DNA of 64,000 nt from SAR86 cluster bacterium (GCA_023703535.1 CP097967.1:28543-92542); one strand, 5' to 3'; positions 9,572-19,990 are shown, counted from the stretch's first letter. The notes: a model not told the origin generated them from the sequence alone. Translations and numbers: made by a program.

Positions 9572-10585
9572 ATGAATTTTTCAAATTTAAACTCCATAGC
9601 GAACTATATTGTTGAAAATGGAAAAGGTATTCTTGCAGCAGATGAAAGCAATCCTACTTGTAAAAAAAGGTTTGATACAATTTCTGTAGAATCTACAGAA
9701 GAAAATCGAAGAGATTACAGACAGCTTTTATTTCAGGCTGAGGGTATGTCAAATAATATAGGCGGGGTAATCCTTTTTGATGAAACTATTCGACAAAATA
9801 CTAATGATGGAACTCCCCTTGTAGATTTAATAAAACAAAAGGAAGCACTTCCAGGAATAAAAGTTGATAAGGGCCTTGCTCCTTTTGAAAACTCAGATAT
9901 AGAAAAAGTTACACAAGGTATAGAGGATCTTGACTCTAGGTGTGCGGAATATTTCAATATGGGTGCTCTTTTTACAAAATGGCGAGCTGTAATAAGCATT
10001 GGAAGTAACTTACCTTCACAAGGATGCATTGAAGAAAATGCAAAACTTCTTGCTAGATATGCAAAGATTGTTCAAAAAAATAATATGGTTCCTATAGTTG
10101 AACCTGAAGTCCTAATGGATGGTAGTCATGGTATCGAAGAATGTTATGACGCTACCTCAAGAACATTAAAGTCGCTTTTTCAAAATCTTGAAGAAGAAAA
10201 TGTCGACATAACAGGAACTATACTTAAGCCAAATATGGTAACACCAGGATCGGAGTACCAAGAAAAGATCGGTGTTGAAACTGTTGCTAAGGAAACCTTA
10301 AGATGTCTGCATGAGTGTGTTCCAGACAACCTTCCAGCTATTACATTTCTTTCAGGTGGACAATCAGAAACTGTTTCAACTGAACACTTAGATGCAATGA
10401 ATAAAATTGGAGGTTCTCCATGGAAGTTAAGCTTTTCATATGGAAGAGCTTTACAAGCTGGAGCTTTAAAAGCTTGGCTAGGTAAATCAGAAAATGTTGA
10501 TGCAGCACAAAGTGCATTTTCTCATAGGGCTTTAATGAATAAAAAAGCAGCACTGGGCCAATGGTCAAAAGATTTAGAAGTTTAA
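9572..10585 (+). CDS. fba: class I fructose-bisphosphate aldolase
   Basis: ILAADES, the Schiff-base lysine context ILKPNMV, and FSYGRALQ. Confidence 0.92.
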   Translation: MNFSNLNSIANYIVENGKGILAADESNPTCKKRFDTISVESTEENRRDYRQLLFQAEGMSNNIGGVILFDETIRQNTNDGTPLVDLIKQKEALPGIKVDKGLAPFENSDIEKVTQGIEDLDSRCAEYFNMGALFTKWRAVISIGSNLPSQGCIEENAKLLARYAKIVQKNNMVPIVEPEVLMDGSHGIEECYDATSRTLKSLFQNLEEENVDITGTILKPNMVTPGSEYQEKIGVETVAKETLRCLHECVPDNLPAITFLSGGQSETVSTEHLDAMNKIGGSPWKLSFSYGRALQAGALKAWLGKSENVDAAQSAFSHRALMNKKAALGQWSKDLEV

Positions 10586-10586
10586 G

Positions 10587-11123
10587 TTGAAAAAACTTGC
10601 AGTTTTTCTTTCTTCTGGTGAACCTAATTTCCATATAAAGTCAGATCTAGACCAAATAGCAAATTTTCTTGCCGAACAAAAAATATGCCTTTTATATGGA
10701 GGAGGTAAGCTTGGCTTGATGGGTTATCTCTCTCAAAAAACAAAAGAATATAACGGATATGTCGAAGGTGTAACAGTCGATATGTTTGACAAGAAAAAAT
10801 ATACTCCAGACTATATTGATTCTCTTGAAGTTGAAACAAATTTTTACGATAGGAAGAGAAAATTAAATGATCATTCAGATGCATTTCTTATATTGCCTGG
10901 TGGTATTGGAACAGCAGATGAATTCTTTGATGTCTTAAACCTAGCTAGTCTTGGGTTAATAACAAAAAAAATTATTGTCTACAATAAAAATGATTGTTGG
11001 ACAGATTTACTTACATGGATAGATAAAGCTAAAAATATGGAAATGTTGCGTACTATTCCCAAAAACCTAGTAATAGCTGAAAATATAGATGATCTTATTT
11101 TTGCTTTAAAAAGTTATGTCTAA
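10587..11123 (+). CDS. LOG-family (TIGR00730) nucleotide phosphoribohydrolase
   Basis: GGGKLGLMG and PGGIGTADEF motifs; TTG start. Confidence 0.8.
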   Translation: MKKLAVFLSSGEPNFHIKSDLDQIANFLAEQKICLLYGGGKLGLMGYLSQKTKEYNGYVEGVTVDMFDKKKYTPDYIDSLEVETNFYDRKRKLNDHSDAFLILPGGIGTADEFFDVLNLASLGLITKKIIVYNKNDCWTDLLTWIDKAKNMEMLRTIPKNLVIAENIDDLIFALKSYV

Positions 11124-13032
11124 GTTTGATATTAAGAGTTTTGTTAATCCACATATCACTACACTCGAAAGCTTTAATTCACAATATAAAGAATCAATTC
11201 AAAATCCAAGTTCCTTTTTTCTTAAAAAAGCCATTTCTTATCTTTCTTGGTTTGAGGAGCCAACTATTGGATATAACGGAAGTTTTGAAGAGCCAAAATG
11301 GTTTGAAGATGGAATACTAAATATAAGTTATAACTGCATTGATAGACATGCACAAAAAAACCCAGAGAAAATTGCAATAATTTGGCAAGGGGATCAAGAG
11401 AACAACTCTAAAGAAATTTCTTATCAAGAACTTCTTGAAGAAGTTTCAAAATTAGCAAATGGTCTAAAGTCTTTAGGTGTAAAAAAGGGCGACAGAGTAT
11501 GCATTTATATGCCTATGATCCCTGAAGCAGCATATTCAATGTTTGCTTGTATGAGAATAGGAGCAATTCATTCTGTTGTTTTTGGGGGTTTTTCACCAGA
11601 GGCAATTTCATCAAGAATTCTTGATGCTGATTGCGAATATGTAATTACTGCAGATGAAGGAATTAGAGGAGGCAAAACAATCCCACTTAAGTTCAGTGTA
11701 GATAAAGCATTAGAAAAATGTCCAAAAATTAAAAAAGTGATAGTTTTTCAATACACAAAAACAGATGTTAATTGGAATAATAAATTAGATATTACTTATG
11801 AGGAATTAGTTGCTAATCAGCCAACAGAATGTGAATGTGCTGAGTTAAAGGCTGAAGACCCTTCATTTATTCTTTATACTTCTGGCTCAACAGGAAAACC
11901 TAAAGGAGTGCTACATACAACTGCAGGCTACCTTTTAGGTGCAAATCTTTCATTTAAATATATTTTTGGAATTAGAGATGATGATATACATTGGTGCACT
12001 GCAGATGTAGGCTGGATAACGGGCCATACTTATATTCTTTACGGACCTCTATCAAATGGAATTACAACAGTCATGTTTGAAGGAGTTCCGACTTATCCAG
12101 ATCCTTCAAGGTTTTGGAAAGTATGTGATCAACACAAAGTAAATATTTTTTATACTGCACCTACTGCAATAAGAGCACTCATTGCACAGGGCGACAGGTA
12201 TCTTGAAAGTACATCTCGAGATTCAATAAGAGTTCTAGGGACAGTTGGGGAGCCAATAAATCCCGATGTTTGGGAATGGTATTACCAAAAAGTAGGTAAA
12301 AGTAATTGTGAAGTAGTAGATACTTGGTGGCAGACCGAAACTGGCTCAGTTTTGATATCACCTATTGCAGGCGTTACTCCAAAAAAACCAGGTTCAGCAA
12401 CTTTACCATTTTTTGGCGTTAAACCTTCACTAGTAGATAGCGATGGAAAAGAGCTTAAAGGCGATGTAAAGGGCAATCTCTGCATAGATTCATCCTGGCC
12501 AAGTCAAATAAGAACTGTCTACGGCGATCATAAACGAATGACCGATACCTACTTTAGTCAGTACAAAGGAAAGTACTTTACTGGTGATGGGGCTAGAAGA
12601 GATGAAGAAGGTTACTACTGGGTAACTGGAAGAGTTGATGATGTCTTAAATGTCTCTGGACACAGAATTGGAACTGCAGAAGTTGAGAGTGCAATCGTAA
12701 ATCATGAAGATGTTGCTGAAGCAGCAGTTGTTGGAATAGAGCACGAAATAAAAGGTCAGGCAATATACGCATATGTAATTTTAAAAGATAATGATAAAGA
12801 TAAGAAAATAATTAATAATGAAATTCTTGAAGAGGTTTCTAAAATAATAGGGAAAATTGCTAAACCAGAGGTTATACAATTTACAAGAGACTTGCCTAAG
12901 ACTAGATCGGGAAAAATTATGAGAAGAATTTTAAGAAAAATAGCAAATAATGAATTTGAAAATTTAGGTGATACAACAACACTCGCAGATCCCTCAATAG
13001 TAAAGGAGCTCATAAAGAATAGAAATGAATGA
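11116..13032 (+). CDS. acs: acetyl-CoA synthetase
   Basis: YTSGSTGKPKG, WWQTETG and LPKTRSGKIMRRILRKIA. Confidence 0.97.
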   Translation: MSKFDIKSFVNPHITTLESFNSQYKESIQNPSSFFLKKAISYLSWFEEPTIGYNGSFEEPKWFEDGILNISYNCIDRHAQKNPEKIAIIWQGDQENNSKEISYQELLEEVSKLANGLKSLGVKKGDRVCIYMPMIPEAAYSMFACMRIGAIHSVVFGGFSPEAISSRILDADCEYVITADEGIRGGKTIPLKFSVDKALEKCPKIKKVIVFQYTKTDVNWNNKLDITYEELVANQPTECECAELKAEDPSFILYTSGSTGKPKGVLHTTAGYLLGANLSFKYIFGIRDDDIHWCTADVGWITGHTYILYGPLSNGITTVMFEGVPTYPDPSRFWKVCDQHKVNIFYTAPTAIRALIAQGDRYLESTSRDSIRVLGTVGEPINPDVWEWYYQKVGKSNCEVVDTWWQTETGSVLISPIAGVTPKKPGSATLPFFGVKPSLVDSDGKELKGDVKGNLCIDSSWPSQIRTVYGDHKRMTDTYFSQYKGKYFTGDGARRDEEGYYWVTGRVDDVLNVSGHRIGTAEVESAIVNHEDVAEAAVVGIEHEIKGQAIYAYVILKDNDKDKKIINNEILEEVSKIIGKIAKPEVIQFTRDLPKTRSGKIMRRILRKIANNEFENLGDTTTLADPSIVKELIKNRNE

Positions 13033-13783
13033 TGACAAACTTGTTTTAATTTCTGGTTCAGGCAGAGGTCTTGGAGCATCTATTGCTGAATCTTTTGCAA
13101 ATAGAGGCTATAAGGTTGCTATAAATTACTTTAAGAGTGAAAAAAAAGCACATGAATTAGCAGATAAATTAGGCTCCGATGTAATACCTTTTTATGCAGA
13201 TGTTTCCTGTAAAGATGATGTTATTGAACTGAACAAAAATATATGTGATACATTCAAAAAAGGTCCAGATATCTTGGTGAACAATGCTATGACTGAATAT
13301 TTGTTTAATGGTGATTTAAGAAAAAAGGCCCATGAGATCACTTGGGATGAGATTCAAAATCATCTGGATATAACAATCAAAGGATCATTTAATTTAATTC
13401 AAGAGCTTTTTAAAAATATGAAAAAAAATAATTTTGGAAGAATAATAAATGTTGGAACAAACTTATTTCAGAACCCAGTAGTCCCATATCATGATTATAT
13501 TATTGCTAAATCTGGTTTATTAGGATTAACAAGAAGTTTTGCTAAAGATCTTGGTGAATTTGGTATAACAGTCAATATGGTATCTGGAGGTTTGCTTAAA
13601 GTTACTGATGCCAGCGCAGCAACACCAGACGAAGTTTTTGATGCAATTGCGTCAATGACTCCTTTACAGAGAGTTACTACAACAAAAGATTTCTCAGATG
13701 CACTAATATTTTTTGCTTCAGATGAAGCAAGATCAATAACTGGTCAAAACCTTACAGTTGATGGCGGATTAACTTTCAATTAA
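13025..13783 (+). CDS. short-chain dehydrogenase/reductase (FabG-like)
   Basis: GSGRGLG Rossmann motif, NNA, and the catalytic YxxxK (YIIAK). Confidence 0.8.
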   Translation: MNDDKLVLISGSGRGLGASIAESFANRGYKVAINYFKSEKKAHELADKLGSDVIPFYADVSCKDDVIELNKNICDTFKKGPDILVNNAMTEYLFNGDLRKKAHEITWDEIQNHLDITIKGSFNLIQELFKNMKKNNFGRIINVGTNLFQNPVVPYHDYIIAKSGLLGLTRSFAKDLGEFGITVNMVSGGLLKVTDASAATPDEVFDAIASMTPLQRVTTTKDFSDALIFFASDEARSITGQNLTVDGGLTFN

Positions 13784-13786
13784 AAA

Positions 13787-13805
13787 GGCAGACCAGCGGT
13801 CTGCC
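13787..13805. terminator. GC-rich hairpin between convergent genes (bidirectional intrinsic terminator)
   Basis: GGCAGACC-AGC-GGTCTGCC perfect 8-bp stem in an AT-rich context, flanked by A/T runs. Confidence 0.7.
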
Positions 13806-13827
13806 AAATATAAACGCAATTAAATGC

Positions 13828-14124
13828 CTAAGAGATTTGTCTTAAATTTTTAAACCTACAGGTCATGAATCCATTCTGATGATTTATCAAGAATGAGTCA
13901 TTGATTACATCTTTAGAATTGAAGGAAATCTTATATGGTTTTTTTATAGTGCAGGACTTAGGTGTAATAATGTCTCCTTTAAAATAAATATCATCTTTCA
14001 ATTTAAAAATGATATCTTCATTTTTCATAATAAAAATTTGATCTATATCTTTTACAGAAAAATGGTTGTCTGAGTACAATACTGACCCAAACAATAATAA
14101 AAATAATAAATAAATAGTTTTCAT
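13828..14124 (-). CDS. small secreted hypothetical protein
   Basis: The ATG at 14124 gives MKTIYLLFLLLFGSVLYS, a signal peptide, and the mature part has two Cys. I recognise no family. The ORF-track start at 14133 is TTG. Confidence 0.55.
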   Translation of the reverse strand: MKTIYLLFLLLFGSVLYSDNHFSVKDIDQIFIMKNEDIIFKLKDDIYFKGDIITPKSCTIKKPYKISFNSKDVINDSFLINHQNGFMTCRFKNLRQIS

Positions 14125-14140
14125 ATTTGCCAAATATAAT

Positions 14141-14184
14141 TATGTCACAATAATGTCACATAAATGTAATATAAGTGTAACTAG
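14141..14184. repeat. four 11-bp-phased direct repeats (iteron-like)
   Basis: tATGTCACAat / aATGTCACAta / aATGTAATAta / aGTGTAACTag, located 17-60 bp upstream of the 14124 start codon. Confidence 0.6.
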
Positions 14185-14299
14185 TATTTTTGTCAATTAG
14201 ATGATTAAAAATTAATCAATTTGATTTTGCTTATTCTTTCTAGAATATTTTTTCTTCAATGGTTTCACCCGCATTTTATATTTTGGAGTCTTTAGATCT

Positions 14300-15022
14300 T
14301 TAGCTATTGGATTTCTTTTTTTTCTCATTACTAAATAATAAGCCTAATTCAAATAACAAATACATGGGCACAGCAAGAAGTATTTGTGAAATTACATCTG
14401 GTGGGGTAAAAATCATGCCAAAAATAAAACACGAAACAAGAACTATACCCCTGTATTCCTTAATTTTATTCTTATTTAGAATATTCAAAGAGATTAATAT
14501 ATTTACAATCAATGGCACTTGAAAAGCTATTCCGAAAGCGAAGGATAGTGTCAGAACAAAAGAGTAAAATCTAGAAATATCAGTAGAAATTTCAAGATTA
14601 CTTGGTCCAACTGATGAAAAAAATGCAAGTGCATTTGGAACTACAATGATCAAACAAAAAATAACTCCTGTATAAAATAAAAAAGTTGCTAAAAATGTTT
14701 TTGAAAAAATAGCCAGCTTTTCCGTCTTATATAAACCAGGCGCCATAAAGCTTAGAATTTGCCAAAGAAATATTGGAAGTGAGACTAAAAAAGCAATAAA
14801 TAATACAAGTTTCAAAGGAATCAAAAATGGAGAAGTTACTTCAATAGCAATTAGAGTCTTTTGATCTACTAAATCTAAGAAGTACAAAAAACCATCAAAT
14901 AAATAATTTGTAAAAGGCAGTAAAACAATGACTGAAATTATAAAAATAGCAATTGAAAATAAAATTCTATTTCTTAATTCTTCAAAGTGAGATGAAAGAC
15001 TATTGCTCATCTTCTTTATCAA
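14300..15022 (-). CDS. tatC: twin-arginine translocase subunit TatC
   Basis: HFEELRNRILFSIAIF and a six-TM profile, in the tatA-tatB-tatC order. Confidence 0.93.
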   Translation of the reverse strand: MIKKMSNSLSSHFEELRNRILFSIAIFIISVIVLLPFTNYLFDGFLYFLDLVDQKTLIAIEVTSPFLIPLKLVLFIAFLVSLPIFLWQILSFMAPGLYKTEKLAIFSKTFLATFLFYTGVIFCLIIVVPNALAFFSSVGPSNLEISTDISRFYSFVLTLSFAFGIAFQVPLIVNILISLNILNKNKIKEYRGIVLVSCFIFGMIFTPPDVISQILLAVPMYLLFELGLLFSNEKKKKSNS

Positions 15023-15236
15023 ACTCTTTCATTTTTTTTTCGTTAAAGACTTCTTGCTTTAATTCTTGATAATTAAACTCTCTCTCTAAGTCTTCTTTTG
15101 CATTATCAAACGTAGAGCGGATCTTTATAAAAGACTTCATCAGATCCCTTAAGTATTTTGATATTTTTTCCGGTTTTGCAGCAACAAAAAAAACCAGAAT
15201 AATAATTAAAAGTTCAGGAATTCCTATCTGAATCAT
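15000..15236 (-). CDS. tatB: twin-arginine translocase subunit TatB
   Basis: N-terminal TM plus amphipathic helix ([25 protein letters not shown]), positioned between tatA and tatC. Confidence 0.8.
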   Translation of the reverse strand: MIQIGIPELLIIILVFFVAAKPEKISKYLRDLMKSFIKIRSTFDNAKEDLEREFNYQELKQEVFNEKKMKEFDKEDEQ

Positions 15237-15372
15237 TATCCTCTTTAATCTCTTTTTTGAAACCTTTCAAAGCTTTTCCTATATCACTTCCTAAAGACCT
15301 TAATCTTTTAGTTCCAAAAACTAAGATTATTATTGCTAGAACAACAATTATCTGCAGCCAACCAATGGTCAT
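15214..15372 (-). CDS. tatA: twin-arginine translocase subunit TatA (52 aa, below the ORF-track cutoff)
   Basis: My own translation: [52 protein letters not shown]. It carries the canonical FGxxKLxxLGxxxGxAxxxFK signature. The ATGA overlaps the ubiB stop. Confidence 0.9.
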   Translation of the reverse strand: MTIGWLQIIVVLAIIILVFGTKRLRSLGSDIGKALKGFKKEIKEDNDSDRNS

Positions 15373-16760
15373 TTTATATCTCCATAGTTTTGATCAAATA
15401 TTTCTTGTGTTTCCTCAAATCTTTTCACAATCATATATGTAAGTATATGTTTTTTTGATACAAGATACTTTACAAGTCCTTTAACACTATACTTATCTTT
15501 AAACCATGTTTTTAAGAATGGATTTGCTACACTCCAAAAATCCAATTCAGGATAAATTTGTCTTCCCATGCCCTCGATGTGAACTAGAGTTTTAATTAAA
15601 AGCAAAAGATCATTATCTAAGTAAAGATTAAATGGTCTCATAGCTTCAAGAAGATTTAATAAAAGCTCACCAAATAAAATTTGAGACAAAGGTTTATCTA
15701 GTAAGTGTTCACAATTAATTCTTAGAATATTTTCTAATTCCTCAGTTTTTGTATCCTCACTCACCCAATTAGCGAAAATAAAAAGTTGAGCCAAAGAATA
15801 AAAATCTTTTTTAAGTAAAGAAGATATCATCTGCGCAATTAATATTTGATTAGACTCGGACAATGAACCACATATCGCGTAATCGACAGCATAGTAAAAA
15901 GGTTTTTTTGGCGATGTTTTGGCAGCAAAAATATTTCCAGGATGCATATCAGCATGAAAAAAATTATCTTGAAAAACTTGTTTTAAAAAAATTTTTACCC
16001 CACTCTCTGCCAAAGCTTTAAGGTTCAACTTATATTTCTTTAACTCTTTTATATTTGTAACAGGAATTCCATCAATATATTCCATAACAATTATTTTTTT
16101 GGTTGTATATTTTTCTACAATTGAGGGCACATAAAGAAAACTACTATCCTGAAAATTTTCGTATGTCTTTTTTGCATTATTTGCTTCTAAACGAAAATCT
16201 AATTCGTTATTAATAACTCTTTCATAATCATTAATAATTTTCATTAAATCTATCCTCGGATATGATTTTATAAAAAATCTTAAAATCCTAATTCCAAATT
16301 TTACGAGGTTAATATCTTTGAGAATCTTTTCTTTAAGATGTGGCCTTTGAACTTTTACAACAAATTTTTTTTTATCCATAAAAAAAACATGTACCTGTGC
16401 AAGTGATGCAGACGAAAGTGGTATTTTATCTATGTTGCTCAGTATATTTTTTGATTTTTTTCCTAGTTCAGTTTCAATAGTGTTTCTTATGTAATCAAAA
16501 GACACTGCTTCACAATCATCAGTGAGCTTATTTAACTCTTTTGAGAGTTTTTTTGACACTAAATCTGTTCTTGTAGAGAGCAACTGACCTAATTTTATAT
16601 AGACTGGGCCAAAATCCTCTAATTTCTCTTTAAAATTTTCTTCTGGATTTTTTTTATTTATAAATGGTACTAATAGAAAATTATATTTAATTCCAAATGT
16701 AGTAAATATTCCTGATGCCCGTATTTTGAAAAATATATAAAAAAGTCTAAAAATGTTCAT
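15369..16760 (-). CDS. ubiB: ubiquinone biosynthesis protein kinase-like UbiB
   Basis: [18 protein letters not shown] and an ABC1/ADCK kinase-like core ([10 protein letters not shown]). Lies downstream of ubiE. Confidence 0.9.
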   Translation of the reverse strand: MNIFRLFYIFFKIRASGIFTTFGIKYNFLLVPFINKKNPEENFKEKLEDFGPVYIKLGQLLSTRTDLVSKKLSKELNKLTDDCEAVSFDYIRNTIETELGKKSKNILSNIDKIPLSSASLAQVHVFFMDKKKFVVKVQRPHLKEKILKDINLVKFGIRILRFFIKSYPRIDLMKIINDYERVINNELDFRLEANNAKKTYENFQDSSFLYVPSIVEKYTTKKIIVMEYIDGIPVTNIKELKKYKLNLKALAESGVKIFLKQVFQDNFFHADMHPGNIFAAKTSPKKPFYYAVDYAICGSLSESNQILIAQMISSLLKKDFYSLAQLFIFANWVSEDTKTEELENILRINCEHLLDKPLSQILFGELLLNLLEAMRPFNLYLDNDLLLLIKTLVHIEGMGRQIYPELDFWSVANPFLKTWFKDKYSVKGLVKYLVSKKHILTYMIVKRFEETQEIFDQNYGDIK

Positions 16761-17506
16761 TTAATACCAGAATGAATACACACTATTCCGTTTGTTAAGT
16801 CTTCAAATGAGACTTTTGAAAATTTATTTTTTTTCAACATTGATTTTAGTTCTTTCTGATTTTCATGAGTTCTAATTGATTTAACTAAATACTCATAACT
16901 TTTTTTATCGTCTGAGACTAATTCACCAATAGTTGGAATAATTCTATAACTATAAAAATCATAGAGCTTTGAAAAAGCCTTATTATTAACTTTCGAAAAC
17001 TCAAGAATTCTTAAAGAGCCACCTTTTTTTAATATTCTAAAAATTTCTTTTAATGACATATCCTTATCTGAAAAGTTTCTAAATCCAAATGAGATAAAGA
17101 CATGATCAAAAAAATTATCGTTAAATGGCAAAGACTCAGCCTCACTTATTTCAAATTTAGATTTATTTATAAAGCCTTCGTCTGCAGCTCGCTCTTTAGC
17201 TTTAAGTATCATTTCCTTATTTTGATCAACTAACCAAATATTTGATGAAGGGGAATGTTCATAAATTAATTTGGCAATATCTCCTGTACCTGAAGCTAAG
17301 TCAAGAATTTTAGACTTATCTTTGATATTTGTGTTTTTTACAAATTGCTTTTTCCAAACCCTATGCAGACCAAAGGACATTAAATCATTCATTAAGTCAT
17401 AATTATCAGCAACTTGAGAGAAGATTTTATTTACTCCTTTCGTTTTAGCTTTTTTTTCAACCTTCTCGTCTCCAAAAAATACTTTTTGATTATCTTTACT
17501 GGTCAT
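16757..17506 (-). CDS. ubiE: demethylmenaquinone/ubiquinone C-methyltransferase UbiE
   Basis: VADNYDLMNDLMSFGLHRVWKK and SAM motif LDLASGTGD. Confidence 0.93.
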   Translation of the reverse strand: MTSKDNQKVFFGDEKVEKKAKTKGVNKIFSQVADNYDLMNDLMSFGLHRVWKKQFVKNTNIKDKSKILDLASGTGDIAKLIYEHSPSSNIWLVDQNKEMILKAKERAADEGFINKSKFEISEAESLPFNDNFFDHVFISFGFRNFSDKDMSLKEIFRILKKGGSLRILEFSKVNNKAFSKLYDFYSYRIIPTIGELVSDDKKSYEYLVKSIRTHENQKELKSMLKKNKFSKVSFEDLTNGIVCIHSGIK

Positions 17507-17536
17507 ATAGAATTATTGTTTGAATAGAGAGTATAA

Positions 17537-18073
17537 ATGACAAATACAAATTTTCTAGCTTGGATAGATTTAGAAATGACAGGCTTAGATCCTGAAAAAC
17601 ACCATATTATTGAAATTGGAAGTCTGATTACTGATGGGAATTTAAATATAGTTGAAGAGGGTCCAAATATTGCAATTTCTCAGCAACAAGATGTTCTCGA
17701 TTTAATGGATGAGTGGAATGTAAACCAACACTCTAAAACTGGATTAATTGAATTAATTAAAAAAAGTGAAGTAAACATAAAAGAAGCAGAACTTAAAACG
17801 CTTGAATTTTTTAAAAAACATTTAACACAACATGCTTCACCACTTTGCGGTAGTAGCATTTCTCATGACAGACGTTTCTTAATCAAATATATGCCAAAAC
17901 TAGCAAACCATTTTCATTATAGACATATAGATGTAACTTCTTTTAAAGAGTCACTAAAAAGATGGGATAAAGACTTTGTAGAGTATAAGAAAAAAGCATC
18001 TCATAGAGCAATGGATGATATAAGAGAATCTGTAGAAGAGCTTAGATATTACAAAGAAAAATATATTAAATAA
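17537..18073 (+). CDS. orn: oligoribonuclease
   Basis: LAWIDLEMTGLDPEKHHIIEIG DEDDh exonuclease motif and HRAMDDIRESVEELRYY. Confidence 0.93.
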   Translation: MTNTNFLAWIDLEMTGLDPEKHHIIEIGSLITDGNLNIVEEGPNIAISQQQDVLDLMDEWNVNQHSKTGLIELIKKSEVNIKEAELKTLEFFKKHLTQHASPLCGSSISHDRRFLIKYMPKLANHFHYRHIDVTSFKESLKRWDKDFVEYKKKASHRAMDDIRESVEELRYYKEKYIK

Positions 18074-19655
18074 TTTTCTCCTTGGGATTGAGTGAAAATG
18101 TTCTAAGAACAAATCTTTCATAAATTTTATTTTTAACTGTATTTACACCTATAAATGAGACTTGCCCAGAATTTTGGTTAAGCTTAAGTGTTAAATAACC
18201 TCTATTTCTAAAATTTGTCCAAACCAAATCTTTATTAATTTTTGTTACAGCTTTTTCAAGTGGTCGGACATCAAGTTCTCCAAATTCTTCCGAACCACCT
18301 GGTGAAGAAACTGATGGTGTGCCAAACTCGACTCCTTTAAATATTCCAGAGTTATTAGCAATATTTCCGGCCCAACAATTATGAGTATCACCTGCTAAAA
18401 AAATATTGTTTGATGAAGTGTTAATAGAATTTAAAAATCTTTCTCTAGCTGCTGGGTAGCCATCCCATGCGTCAGTGTTATAAGGTAAATTTAAATTATT
18501 AATGTATTTCAGAAATGTTGCTTGTGGTGATAGATTATCTAGAACTTCAGATGGAAGAGTTGGTAATACAACTTTTGAAATTAAAACTTGTTGACCAAAA
18601 ACATTCCAAAAAAATTTCTTCTTGGTTTCTTTAGCTATAAATCTCAGTTGTTCTTTACCTATGAGATTACGCTTTTCATTATTAAGATCCTCTATAAATT
18701 TATTTTTATCAAATTTCCCATCATTGATATAACTTACATAATTAACTTGTTTATCTCTGTTACTTAGTCTTGTGTCTAAGATGATTAAATTTATCAAGTT
18801 GCCAATCTCAAAATTCCTCCAACCTCTTTCTTTTGAATATTTTTCTCTAATAGGCATCCATTCATAATATGCTTTTAACGCTGTTCTTTTTCTTAAGTTA
18901 AATTTACCTTCAATTTTTTGATGATTTTCTGCCCCATATTTCCATGCATCATTTGTTACTTCATGATCATCCCAGATGGGTACCATAGGACGTGACTGAT
19001 GTAATTTTTGAAGATTTTTGTCAGTTTTATACTGTGCGTGTCTAAGTCTATAGTCATGAAGTGTAAGAATTTCTTTTTCGGGGATTGGAATTCGCCCTAA
19101 TTTATCTGCATTTTGTGTAGCATAACCACCATTTTCATATTCATAAATGTAATCTCCAAGATGTATGTTTAGATCAATGCTTTTATCTTCTGCAGCATCT
19201 TTATACACATTAAAAAAACCTGCAGGATGATTAGAGCAGCTAAAAATCGCAAGCTTATATTCTTCAACATTACCTTTTGGCAGTGTAGATGTTGTGCCAA
19301 TTGGTGAAATTGTATCGTTACAAATAAAGCGATAATAAAACTTAGTTCCTGGAAAAAATTTAGCAAGATTCACATCAGCTTTCACCGTAAAATCTTTTTT
19401 GCTATTGGTATAAAGAGTTCCAGTTAGTGAGATTTTTGAAAAATTTTTATTTTTTGATACCTGATAAATTACTTTTTGTGACGAATTAAAGTTTTCTGGT
19501 GTAACTCTTGTCCAAATAATTACTTTCTTATTAGTTGGATCTCCACTTGCTACACCATGTAAAAATTTTACTTTGTTAATTTTTTTTTGAAATGCAGCTA
19601 AAGCTGGTATGAAAAATAAAAGAGATAATGATTTAAGAAATGATCTTCTGTTCAT
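18066..19655 (-). CDS. phoD: PhoD-family alkaline phosphatase, Tat-exported
   Basis: Twin-arginine signal MNRRSFLKSL and metallophosphatase motifs HLGDYIYE and IWDDHEVTND. Confidence 0.88.
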   Translation of the reverse strand: MNRRSFLKSLSLLFFIPALAAFQKKINKVKFLHGVASGDPTNKKVIIWTRVTPENFNSSQKVIYQVSKNKNFSKISLTGTLYTNSKKDFTVKADVNLAKFFPGTKFYYRFICNDTISPIGTTSTLPKGNVEEYKLAIFSCSNHPAGFFNVYKDAAEDKSIDLNIHLGDYIYEYENGGYATQNADKLGRIPIPEKEILTLHDYRLRHAQYKTDKNLQKLHQSRPMVPIWDDHEVTNDAWKYGAENHQKIEGKFNLRKRTALKAYYEWMPIREKYSKERGWRNFEIGNLINLIILDTRLSNRDKQVNYVSYINDGKFDKNKFIEDLNNEKRNLIGKEQLRFIAKETKKKFFWNVFGQQVLISKVVLPTLPSEVLDNLSPQATFLKYINNLNLPYNTDAWDGYPAARERFLNSINTSSNNIFLAGDTHNCWAGNIANNSGIFKGVEFGTPSVSSPGGSEEFGELDVRPLEKAVTKINKDLVWTNFRNRGYLTLKLNQNSGQVSFIGVNTVKNKIYERFVLRTFSLNPKEKII

Positions 19656-19666
19656 ATTTTAAATTT

Positions 19667-19990
19667 TTATTTTGTTTTATCAGGCACAATATTTATAGGA
19701 AATTGAGCTAGATTCTTTGAATCAGCCTTAGAAATTTTCGACTTACCGATTTCATTAACAACATCAATTCTAACAATTGAATTTATAGGTAAAAGAGTTT
19801 TTTGCACATTTAGAAATTCAGCTTTTAACTTTTCTTCAGAAGTATCTACAACTAAATTATTTTTCGTATCAAAAATATAGCCATCAATTTCAAGAAAAGC
19901 GTAAAAATCGCTTTGGTATATATTTTTTGCGTAAATTTCGTATACTTCTCCAACTTGAAAAAATTTAATTTTGTAAATTTTTTGTTTCAC
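19667..19990 (-). CDS. conserved hypothetical (DUF1820-like), divergent from miaB
   Basis: IYKIKFFQVGEVYEIYAK..VVDTSEEKLKAEF..IVRID pattern. The position next to miaB matches Pseudomonas. The family assignment is from memory only. Confidence 0.5.
   Translation of the reverse strand: MKQKIYKIKFFQVGEVYEIYAKNIYQSDFYAFLEIDGYIFDTKNNLVVDTSEEKLKAEFLNVQKTLLPINSIVRIDVVNEIGKSKISKADSKNLAQFPINIVPDKTK

Noticed and set aside
14142-14160. TTATGTCACA read as a DnaA box, or TGTCA-N8-TCACA read as a CRP site.
   Set aside because: It matches the DnaA consensus TTATCCACA at only 5 of 9 positions in any register. CRP requires N6 spacing and inverted TGTGA/TCACA halves, whereas here the halves are direct repeats.
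14210-14272. 19-aa highly basic mini-ORF on the minus strand (MRVKPLKKKYSRKNKQNQID) between tatC and the secreted orphan gene.
   Set aside because: It is too short, has no recognisable family or ribosome-binding context, and could easily arise by chance in A-rich DNA.
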